DNA of 64,000 nt from Styela clava (taxonomy: Eukaryota), in the NCBI RefSeq assembly GCF_964204865.1, contig NC_135259.1, positions 3,596,001-3,660,000 of the forward strand, given 5' to 3'. Position 1 is the first letter of the stretch. Every line of letters starts with the position of its first letter. The position numbers and the translations under genes are program-made. This document shows positions 53,220 through 64,000 of this stretch, one piece after another. Below the pieces are notes generated by a model. It did not search any database, was not told the DNA's origin, and was given only the letters and a program-made list of their open reading frames with translations.

Positions 53220-54860
53220 TTAGTCGAAAGTGCATACTGATTGTTTATATATGCTATTAGAGTTAATGATTGTGAAGTTGAACTCGATAAGCGAACTCGT
53301 CTATAACCTCTGTAAAAACGGATGAAAAAAATCGCATCGATTTCTGATACGATGAGTCACATGTGCTATTTGTCTAAAAATTGTTGTGTAACTTTATTGA
53401 AGAGTTAGAGGTATATAAACCCAATTGGCATCTCTGTTCCAGGTTTAAAATATTATTGAGAGACAGTTTCAGTTTTGACAGACAGGATTATCAGATCTCG
53501 ATAACTTGATCAACAACATGCATTAAACTACAAAATTAGCCACGACTTGAAAAACGTCGATGACATATAGACGTAAACTTTTCCGATAGTAAACTTTTGT
53601 AGAAAAATTAGTCGTTGCAGTATACCAATTTTGAATCCATCGAAAAAAACTATATTCCTTCAGTTAAATCCAATGAATAAAATTTCTAATGCTTTCATTC
53701 AAAATTAGATTGTGGGGGAACCCGCTTAACCCACATTAAAATGTTCGAACATATTAAGGGAAAAACAAGTTTTGGTTGTTATTCATTGTACAAGAAAGTT
53801 GATGTCATGCTAGTCACATTGCTCAATCTTTTTCGAAAAGGTACATCCTCTTATCCTTCACTCAAAATCTGGTACATCCCAACAATCTTTCCTTTCTCAT
53901 CGCCTTGAAATACTATGCCTGATCATACCGACCTAATACTTCATTATTTATTCAATGTTAACGTTGCTTTAGGATTTCACCAGCCAGTTATACAATGCGA
54001 GGTAATAATAAGCTTGTTTCGAATGTCTCTCTCGTTAATATATCTGCATCCTGTTTATTAGTTTTATGGGGTTTACCCTTGTTTGGAAAAGCATGTAGTG
54101 GGCAAGACTATAGTACTCAAAAACTTATAAAAGTGCCAGTTTTGTTGTAGTTTTTGTATGTGTTGAACTCCGTATCAAATTTGATCGAAATTCACGAAGT
54201 TCACCAAAATGATTTACGCAATAAAAACAGAACGCCCCCTGATGAATCTAGCGGCTGGCATTATGACAAGCAAGAAACAACGACTTGGGAGACGCTCTAC
54301 ATACGATGTGCTTGAGTTCGAACACTTGAGTAATTTATTTGTGGCAAGTTACCAATTTGCTCTGAAAACATTTAGGACAAGCGTATTGCGTATTAGAATA
54401 TACCCTACAACATTCTATACAACCCATCGATGTGGCACACCCTTTAATGTTTTTGGTACACTCTGGGTGTACTCTACACCCGGTTAACGAGCACAGTGCC
54501 AGAACCATTTAAAAAAGTTAGAGGCACCTGCACAATCATTTCCTTTGCTTAATTAAGGTTGTATATTATCAACTAATTGATCAAATCAATGATAATCTTA
54601 TAAAATCACTTTTTTCCTATAAAACTTTTTGCTTAAATCAACTATTTGCCCAAATCAAGTATGTATAAAAGATAAAAGAAAATTATTGATTCTTCAAACA
54701 ATTACATGACATGCCGTCCATTTCAGTTAACTACAAATGTGTGACGTGACATTATAGCCTGGGGCTGAAACAGGTCTAACTTCTACATCGAGCGACATGA
54801 GCTGTGCGACATGCTTTATTCTTTAAAAAGCTGCCTGTTTCAGCAACAACGCTTGGGCTC

Positions 54861-57625
54861 ATGGCGATAAAGATTTGGTATTGTATAAATAAGAGATGGA
54901 AAGCGCTTACTAGCTTATCTTTTTTTGTATTTCTCGTGTTTTATACTCGTCAACATCGAAAAGTTGTTGTAAAAGACGCACAATTGTATCCGAACGCAAC
55001 TAAGATAGTTTTTATATTAACTAATCAAAGGTCAGGATCGTCATTTTTCGGGGATCTTTTCAATCACAACGGAAAGGCTTTTTATTTGTTTGAACCGCTT
55101 CTGCCATTCCGCCCGAGCTGCGAAAACGAGGAGGTTCAATTGCAAGTATTAAAAAATATTTCGCTATGTAACTTTAAAAACTTGACCAAAAAATATACTG
55201 AAGCATTTTTAACTCAAACAAGGAGTTCGGAACCAGCGGGACTGTGTGGAAAACAAGGCGTGTGTTTTAGTATGAACCACGCGCCCGCACTCAACAGGTA
55301 TGCTTCGTTATGTAACGCAACTCGATCAAAAAAGCTTGGGACGTATTCTGCCAGAACTCAAAGTAGTCTATTTGATCCCAAATCACATTTTTGTGGATTT
55401 CCCTTGAAAACGGAGCTTTGGTCACAAATATGTCGACAGGCCGAGCTTTTGGCCTTCAAAATTATTCGCGTTTGTTCACTTGCATCATTCAAAGACATTG
55501 CTCGACATCTAACTCAAAAAGGATATGATGTTCATATAATTGAACTTGTTCGAGATCCTAGGGCTGTTGTGAATTCGGCGATGAAGTTGGAACTTTCAGC
55601 AAAGGGAATAAGCCGAGCTTCCAACCGTCTATGCGATCGATTGAGAACGAATTTTGATCTTGCCGAAAAGGGAAATGTTATAGGTAAATGCAAGCCTACT
55701 CTTACGTTCTTCACCCATTTTGTATTGTTCGTATCAATAAAGCTAATCAATGAGGATATGAACTAATGCGTCACTTCTTATATTATATTTTTCAGATACT
55801 GAAAGTCAGTTTATGAAAATTCAGTTGTCTCATGCCAGATATATGCGAGTACGATATGAAGACATAGCCATAGACCCAATCGAAGGAGTCAAGGAGATAT
55901 ATAAGTAAATATTTTGCATGATATATATGTGATTTTGCATAAAGCTTTGTCTGTAACTGGAACAATATTTTACTGGAACCCCGGGTTACAACATCTCGTG
56001 ATTAGCATATAGATCTGAGGAATTAAAAAAAATAAATGTTATAGTGATTGAAGGAAAACTAAACTGTTTATTTTAATATTATTATTATTATTATTATTTT
56101 AATAAAAAAGGTATCGTAGATTAAAAGCTTTAGTAACTAAATGAATGTTAAGGCAAGAATGCCTTTTCAAATCCTATAACATCGAATTACCAACGAAATA
56201 TGGGGGCTAGATCACTAAATGCCGTTAAGTACTTCTAATTAGCGTGGCACAACTATTTTTGCATATGTCATTTTTAACTCCCATTTGACTACGTCACAGT
56301 GACGAAATAAGGCCGGTCGATGTATACGGATTGTCGTCCAAAACGCGCAAACGATCACTCGAAATCAAGCATGCTATTTCTCTCGTTTTCTCGTCGTAAC
56401 GATCCCGATATGCAAATATGAGAGAGATCACTGGCGTTAGCGAGTTCGTTATCGTCGACGGAGATGCCGTGCGCCGAAACATGTAATTGAACAAAGATTA
56501 AATTTGATGTAGGCTAATTCAACCGCACAGAGTCGGCTGAATATACCTAACTCCTTCTATTGGTAGCAAGTTCAGTAACCATGCATCCACAAAATAACTT
56601 GAAACCGTATATGCCGATGTAAAAAAGTCAATCCATATCACAAAGTGCAATCTACACGCACTGAGTTAAAAATATTGCGGGATAAAAATTCTAATTCTTA
56701 GTTACTACTCATAATAGTACATACGTCTATTGTTTTATAAAACCATAAAGACTCTAATATGAATCGAAATACCAAATGTTTTCAATTTGGCATATCGCAG
56801 GACTAATTTATTATATTTTTAGTTGAATTTGTGAGTAGACAGTTTGAACTCAAAACGACTGCTAGCTACTAAAGTATATTTAGGCCGAAACGAAATTGCC
56901 TCAAAGTTAAAATTAGCTTTTGGGTCATCTGAGGCTTTTCATACTTTTTGAGTGGCTTTTGTCATTTATGAACAGTTTTTCCTCGAAAAAAGCTTAAAAA
57001 TGTATTCCAATGTATGAAACAATGACTGCCCGTTTAAAGTTATAAACCCGAACTCAAATTCATCAATCAGCACACCTGGTATGTTTGTGTTGGAGATTTT
57101 ATTCTGTACTGTCATTTTATACTGTTCTATTTTCATATTAGCAACATTGGATTGGAATTACCACATGATGTCAAAGAATGGGTGGACGAGACATCGATAA
57201 ATCCGTTACAAAAGATAAAAGAACTGCAAACTACCGTACAAAATTTTGCAATTCCGGAATCGGTAAGATGAAAGTCAAAATCCGACTCTTGGAACTCCTA
57301 TGAAACAATCTAATTATAATTCTTCACTGCCGAGCGATACATGACTAACTGATAGTGATAGAATTTCAAAGAAAATATAATGAGTTATCTTTTTTAGGAT
57401 CGAATTCGCGCCAGGATCAAACTTGCAAAGTTATTGAAAGAATCCAATAATCCATACGGGACAGTTCGTAATTCACGTCAAATTATTTCGAAGTGGAGAA
57501 AACAATTGTCAATGGATATAATACATCAAGTTCAGGACAAATGCAAAGACGTTATGGACAGACTTGGATATAAATTATTGCACACAACTGAAGAACTTAA
57601 TGATTTGTCAATAAAACTTTGGTAA
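54861..57625 (+). CDS. Carbohydrate 6-O-sulfotransferase (CHST1/3-like), paralog 2, 4 coding exons
   Basis: Exons 54861-55683, 55796-55904, 57142-57262 and 57398-57625. TM helix; TNQRSGSSFFGD; YLFEPL; LVRDPRAVVNS; RYED; NPYGTVRNS; LGY. Same intron positions as paralog 1. Confidence 0.93.
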
Positions 57626-57719
57626 AAAAAATTAACACTAGTTATTGAAATTATATTTTATTAGTTTCAAGCTTCTATACAAATACAATTTACTCAATGA
57701 ATGAGATAATTCTTTTAAC

Positions 57720-59200
57720 AAAGCAGTTAACCATGAAGGGAATTTTACACGAAACACATTCAGTTGGTGAATAATGAAAAAGGAGCATGGTCTTATGGGG
57801 ATAGATAGACAGTGGTCAGAAATCGGTCCCTTTGCCATTGAGATTGAAACATAGATCTTATCGAGTAAGAGGAAGAAACGAGCACGGTCGTTAGTTCTGT
57901 ATTAGTGTAGGCCTATATTAGAGAAGTATATGGCCTTGATGAAGATTTTGGATGCGTTAATAGATAAATGGATATGAATGGATGTATTGGGATCAGTCAC
58001 ATTCGGTAAGACGTGAAACAACGACCTTTGGTCCCTTCACCCTTCCGCACTTTTCAGTAATTACCGAACTCTGTGCAACATCTATACTAAGAATATTTTG
58101 AAAAATTCAACGTAATCAGTAGTTTATTTTTCACCATACATAAAATACACTTCGTGAATATATATTGTAAGGAAGCAAAACTGGTATTTAGGGGTGAAGA
58201 GAGGTACGAGAAATCAATACTGGTTATCTAGCATCGACATCTGCGAGTAAGCCTAACAGTAATTGAATATAGCATAAAAATTCAAACAATGACTATTAAA
58301 ATAGATATAGTAAGTCAAAGTACGTCGAAGCGACCTGAATATCCAGAAGCCCGATACAAGAAGAAACGTAAAACGACTCCGAGCACCAATATGCGAGTAA
58401 CGACGGAAACGGCGGCGGGAATACGGGCATTATGGAACCTGTGGTTATTTGAATACGATTTGCATATATATCCCGTGATGGAAAGTAGGCCAATAAACCG
58501 GTCTAAATTATATTTGAGAATACTAATTTGTTTGACGGTGTTCAGAATAAAAGTGCGTGGAGACAGGCGCAAGTATTGTGCTTTGGAAGGTAAGGTGCTG
58601 AAATCATCATGAATTCATAGAATACATAAAGATAAAGGATTATTCTGATATGAGGAGAACAAACCTATTCAAAAAATATATGAAAGATAGCCATGGATTT
58701 GTACTTGATCAGAGACCAATTATTTATATCATAAGCTAATCGTATTTCGTCTTCGTATTTCAGGGAATTTTGGGATTTGCTCATCGAAAAACGAGGTACA
58801 AGGAGATTGATCTTAGTTGAAGAGCGAGTGTTAAGTTCATGCACAAATGCGTGTATATTCTCTATAGGCGTTTAATGTCCCTTCTGTTGTTTTCAAGGAT
58901 ATTACCGTAATATATTAGATTTTATTTTCGTCTTGTATTTTTTGAAGTAGAGACGCTGGGACCAACTTCCCTTCAAACATTTTTTAAAACATATTATTTT
59001 TATGTGTGATGGACTTACGAATTCCTTCAGGAGGCCTAATCCAAGGCTTGAGATAAACTTTATTTTTTCTAGGTGAGAATGAATTTGAAACGGAATCATG
59101 TTTATTGATCAACCACTTGAAGTTGTTAAGAAAAAGATCAAGTCAGATATTGTAGTTTTCTTCGTGTAGGTTTACACAATGTTGTAACATTGGCCCACTG
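57720..59200 (-). mobile_element. Heavily decayed LINE (CR1/L2-like) ORF2 fragment
   Basis: Broken minus-strand frames: LFLNNFKWLINKH...LKPWIR..EGIRKSITHKNNMF...YYGNILENNRRDIK (about 59150-58870), and a C-terminal-like SISMAKGP...LNVFRVKF (about 57845-57740). These resemble non-LTR ORF2 linker and tail motifs. Confidence 0.5.
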
Positions 59201-59439
59201 ATACCAGCAACTGTTTATTTATTATAACCAGAATTATGGTTTTAAGAAACTAAAAACTAATCTTAAGCTAAACACAAGAACATGCAACATAATTACATTG
59301 AGTCACTAAGTATAGCCAAACTTGATCGGGCCACGTCTAATACTCGTAACAGCTCGTAACTAATGCAGTAAGGCGGATGAAGTTCGCTGTCGCTTGACGG
59401 TAATCAGTGATCACAACACAAAGAACGATAATGAAATAA

Positions 59440-59742
59440 CGAGAATATCGGTCATAGACCAAAGACTTATCGATCGAAAGTTAGGGATCCCCCAAAATAG
59501 CGCTTTCACTCCATAGTGACACCTTGTGTCCCGTCACTAATTAATTAATACCTCGCTAATTATACGACATAATTCATCTGAAAACGATAGGCTTCTGGTA
59601 CGACATATGATGAATGCACATGCAAAATCTGGAGCAAATTCAATCTCGATTTCGTGAGATATCGACTGCATCTAACAGACAGACAGATAGACAAACAGAC
59701 AAATACCTATCAACATACTTACCAATTAAAATCGATAAGTAA
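59440..59742 (+). mobile_element. Second copy of the Helentron/HINE-like repeat, with a (CAGA)n microsatellite
   Basis: Inverted homology to 19586-19909 (CTAATTATACGACATAATTCAT, TTCGTGAGATATCG, ACAAATACCTATCAACATACTTACC). Contains ACAGACAGACAGATAGACAAACAGAC and a 3' hairpin. Confidence 0.65.
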
Positions 59743-59762
59743 TGACAGAACATAAACAAAGC

Positions 59763-59965
59763 GGTTCCATTACGTTTGAACCCACGTACATTTGAACCCA
59801 TGACAATTGCACCTGTATGCTATTGCACCTACGGAATTTTTTTTGTTCCACGGATAGTTAAACCCATACTAACCCTAACCCATGGGTTTTAGCACCCGCA
59901 TATAGATTGAACCCGTGGATATACGCATGGGTTCAAATGTACATGGGTTCAAATGTACGGTCACC
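59763..59965. mobile_element. Mutator-like (MULE) MITE, 203 bp
   Basis: Perfect 9-bp TSD AAACAAAGC at 59754-59762 and 59966-59974. GG...CC termini. About 40-bp TIRs built from 16-bp TACATTTGAACCCATG units. Confidence 0.85.
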
Positions 59966-60239
59966 AAACAAAGCATCACAAAGTGTAGCACACTGCAACA
60001 GGAATAACTGAACCTAATTCTCATAACATACAATATTTAAAATATTTGAGGTTGGCTCGGAATACCGGAATTTAATCCACATGTTCTCACATTTTGTCTT
60101 CAATATAGAAACTAAATCTGCTCACTTTAGTTGAAGAGGGAGCATGTGTGAAAGTGTACTCAATATTTACAACAGCGGTCTCACTTATGATCCCGATCTC
60201 GCGTAGGGCAACAATTTGAGGCGGAATACAAAAATTTGA

Positions 60240-60944
60240 AAAGGTATAACTTGACATGTCTCCGCGAAGTCTCTGAATAGGATCAAGAGTACCAAAATTT
60301 GATTAGAGTGGTCAAAGAAGGGTTTCCGTCAAAATGTGAACAAGCATCATTTTGGAAATTACAAAATGATTTGAGTGTGGACGACAGCTTGATATTAGAT
60401 AATGCCAGTAGTGTAGTTCCCCGAAGGACAAGAAGGGAAACTTCACATCGACTCTACGACGCGCAGCAGGGCATTGTCCGTATAAAAAAGCGTGCAAGAC
60501 AAATTATCTATTGGCCCGGAATAAGCGTTGATATCGAAAATGTTGTCCAATCATGTGGACAAGTGCCAAGAAATGTCCCAAAGTTGCCGAAGGAGCCAAT
60601 GACATCAGATCCTATTCCCGAGTGTATATTTCTGGAGGTTTCCGCTGATTTATTTTCTTATGCTGGAAAAAGCTATTTGGTGTACACAGTTAGGCTTTCC
60701 GGATGACGTATTTTACCCTTCTCCAGGCGTGTAATTCACTCGATTAAGAAAATTTTTTGCGTTTACGAATTGGAGAGGATGGCGGCCCACAATTTTCTTC
60801 AGGTGGGGCGTCAATCATGTCATGTCAACGCCAATCTATTGGGGTAGCCGAGGCCGTTAAAACAGTGAAGTCACTTTCAGCTAAAACGACATCTATTGGA
60901 AATATTCATAATGAGGGGTTCAGCGATGACTTTTAGAATGGCAC
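60240..60944 (+). mobile_element. Ty3/Gypsy integrase fragment (pseudogenised)
   Basis: LYDAQQGIVRIKKRARQIIYWPGISVDIENVVQSC (degenerate zinc finger), EVSADLFSYAGKSYLVYTVRLSG*, DGGPQFSS, WGVNHVMSTP and AEAVKTVK. Confidence 0.88.
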
Positions 60945-62081
60945 CCACATTAAAATGTTTTAAAATATTAAGGAATAATCAACTTTTAATTGTTATTCTT
61001 TGTACATAAAAATTGCTGTCATGCCAGTCACATTGCTCAACCTTTTTTCGAAAAGGTACACCCTCTTTTCCTTCACTCAAAACCTGGTACCTTCCAGCAA
61101 TCATACATTTTTAATCGCCTTGAAATACTATGCATGATCATAGACAGACCTAATACTTCATTATTTATTCAATGTTAAAGTTGCTCCGGGATTTCACCAG
61201 CCGGGTATACAATGCGAGGTAATAATAATAAGCTTGTTTCGAATGTCTCTCTCGTTAATATATCTGCATTTTTTTCTAAGAGTTTTATGGGGTTACCCTT
61301 GTTCGGAAAGAAATGTTGTAGGCATTCGAACGAAAATGCGAAAAAAAATATCGTGCAAGAATATAATACTCAAAATCTTCTAGAAGTGCTATCCACAGTT
61401 TTGTTGTAGTTTTTATATGTGTTAAGCTCTGTACCAAATCTGATCGAAATTCACGAAGTTCACCAAAATGATTTACGCAATAACAACAGCACGCCGTTGA
61501 TGGGCTGGCATTATGATAAGCAGGTAATAACAACTTGGGAAACGGTATACATAGTATACGTTGTGCTTAAGCTACCAATTTTCTCTGAAAACATTTAGAA
61601 CAAGCGTATCGAGTATTGGAATATACTTGTATACACTACTACCGCATTCTAAACACCCAATCGATGTGATACACCCATTGAGGTGTTTGATACACTCTGT
61701 GGTGTATTTTACACCCGGTTGACGAGCACAGTGCCAGAATCATTTAAAAAAGTTAAAGACACCTGCACAATCATATCCTTTGCTTGATTAAAGTTGTATA
61801 TTATCAGCTGATTAATCAAACCAATGATAAATCTTTTAAAATTGCATATTTCCTATAAAACTATTTGCTTAAATCAACTACATCAAAGTGTATAAAAAAA
61901 AAATCATTGATTCTCCAAACAATTACATGATATGCCGACCATTTCAGTTTACTACGAATATTTGACGCGACATTATAGCCTGGGGCTGAAGCAGGTCTAA
62001 CTTCTACCTCGAGCGACATGAGCTGTGCGACATGCCTCATTCTTTAGAAAGCTGCCTGTTTCAGCAACAACACTTGGACTC

Positions 62082-64000
62082 ATGGCGATAAAGATTTGGG
62101 ATTGTATGAATATGAGATGGAAAGTGCTGGCTAGCTTATCTTTTTTAGTACTTCTCGTGTTTTATACTCGTCAACATCGAAACGTTGTTGTAAAAGACGC
62201 ACAATTGTATCCGAACGCAAATAAGATAGTGTTTATTTTAACTAATCAAAGGTCAGGATCGTCATTTTTTGGAGATCTCTTCAATCATAACGAAAAGGCT
62301 TTTTATATGTTTGAACCGCTATTACCATTCCTCCCGAGCTGCGAAAACGAGGAGGTACAATTGCAAGTTTTAAAAAATATTTCGCTATGTAACTATAAAA
62401 ACTTGACCGAAAAATATACTGAAGCATTTCTAACTCAAACACGCAGTTCGAAACCAGCGGAACTGTGCGGGAAAGAAGGCGTGTGTTTTAGTGGGAACCT
62501 CGAACCCGCACTCAACAGGTATGCTTCATTATGTTACGCAACTCGATCAAAAAAGCTTGGAAGGCGTTCTACTCAAAGTCGTCTGTTTGATCGCAGATCA
62601 GCTGTTTGTGGGTTTCCATTAAACATGGAGCTTTGGTCACAAGTATGTCGACAGGCAGAGCTTTTGGCCTTCAAGATTATACGCGTTTGTTCACTTGCAT
62701 CATTTAAAGACATTGCTCGACATCTAACTCAAAAAGGATATGATGTTCATATTATTGAACTTGTTCGCGATCCAAGGGCTGTTGTGAATTCGGCAATAAA
62801 ATTGGAACTTAAAGCAAATAGAATAAGCCGAGCTGCTAATTATCTATGCACACGGCTGAGAACGAATTTTGATCTTGCCGAAAAAGGAAACGTTTTAGGT
62901 AAATGCTCGCCTACTTCTATGTTCTTGAACCATTTTGTAATGTTCATAGCAATAAGGCTATAATGCCTCACATTTTAAATTATATTTTTTCAGATACTGA
63001 AAGTCATTTTATGAAAATCCAGTTGCCTCATGCCAGATATATGCGAGTACGATATGAAGACATAGCCATAGACCCAGTCGAAGGAGCCAAGCTGATATAT
63101 AAGTAAATATTTGGCATAAATGTGATTTTGCATAAAGCTTTGTATGTAACTAGAAAAATATTTTACGGGAACTCCTAATTTAACTTCACAGAGCATCTTG
63201 TAAATAGTGTATAGATAGATATATATAGATCTGGGGAATACGGGATCGATATTTTTGTATATTACGTTTTATAGCAGGAAACTAAGCAATATTATATTAT
63301 TTTGAATAAGATAGCGTAGATTAAAAGATTGAGTGTCCAAATGAATTTTGAGGCAATAATGATATTTTAATGTCAATAACATTGTATTACCAATGAAATA
63401 TGTAATTGAACAAAGATTTATTGTGAAGTAATCGTAGCGCAGAAAGTCGCTTGCAAATACCCAAACACCTTCTTTTGGTAGCAAGTTCAGTAACAATCAA
63501 TTAATAGAACAACTTATGCATACTAATATAAAAACGTCGATTTATTCCACGAAGTGCAATATATACGCACTGAGTTAACATATTGCTAGATAAAAAATTT
63601 TAGTTACTACTTATAATAGTGCAAATGTCTGTATACGTTTTATGAAACGTTTCACACATTCATTCACTCTCAATAAGACCCCAGAACAAGCATCATATTC
63701 AAGACACAATTTACAAATGTTTTCAATTTGGCATATTGCAGGACTAATATGTTATATGTTAGTTGAAGTTGTGAGCAGGCAGTTTGAACTCAAAATGACT
63801 GCTAGCTACTAATATATATATTATTTGGGTAAACACAAAATTGTCATATTGAAGTTAGAATTAGCTGTGGGGTCACCTGAGGCTCTACCTTTTAATTGGC
63901 TTTTTCCATTTTTGAGCATTTTTCAAAGACCCGTTCTCGAGAAAACGCTTGAAAATATATTCCAATTTATAAGACAATGACTGCCCATTAGAGGTATAAA
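62082..64000 (+). CDS. Carbohydrate 6-O-sulfotransferase (CHST1/3-like), paralog 3, 5' part; exons 3-4 lie beyond the window
   Basis: Exons 62082-62898 and 62994-63102. Same motifs as paralog 2; open frame. Confidence 0.9.

Larger units (their letters stand above)
53730..64000. repeat. Tandem segmental duplication of the sulfotransferase gene: copy A from about 53730, copy B about 60945->64000
   Basis: Homology starts at CCCACATTAAAATGTT (about 53730 and about 60945). It continues through about 1.1 kb of upstream sequence, exons 1-2 and intron 2. Confidence 0.92.

Noticed and set aside
54804-54860. Upstream GTG starts in the ORF track for sulfotransferases 2 and 3 (also 62025)
   Set aside because: These are eukaryotic genes. 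An acceptor-like TTTCAG precedes the ATGs at 54861 and 62082, which give a normal short tail plus TM helix.

Overview
AT-rich, intron-containing animal DNA with GT-AG introns. It looks like an invertebrate genome; an ascidian-like origin is only a guess. It is not prokaryotic, and I found no CRISPR array, rRNA or tRNA. The window is a cluster of locally duplicated enzyme genes. (1) Two divergently oriented M1 aminopeptidase N-like genes: a minus-strand copy (<1-11292) with a cleavable-type signal peptide and a plus-strand copy (31408-43726) with a type II membrane anchor and Ser/Thr stalk. (2) Two tandem classical SDR oxidoreductase genes (17427-20654 and 23386-27259, minus). (3) Three CHST1/CHST3-like Golgi carbohydrate sulfotransferases (46204-48766, 54861-57625, 62082->64000). 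(4) One claudin/PMP22-superfamily tetraspan gene (51969-53219). Between and inside these genes are decayed LTR-retrotransposon and LINE fragments and several non-autonomous DNA transposons (hAT, Tc1/mariner-like, MULE-like, Helentron-like). The most interesting signals are paralog differences. The APN pair differs in predicted localisation. One SDR promoter has a perfect Nrf2-type ARE while the other carries a CpG-variant version. The sulfotransferases share a helical insert and differ in clustered loop residues. I found no clear new biological system; a co-regulated metabolic cluster is only a speculative reading. Exon coordinates were read by eye and may be off by a few bases.
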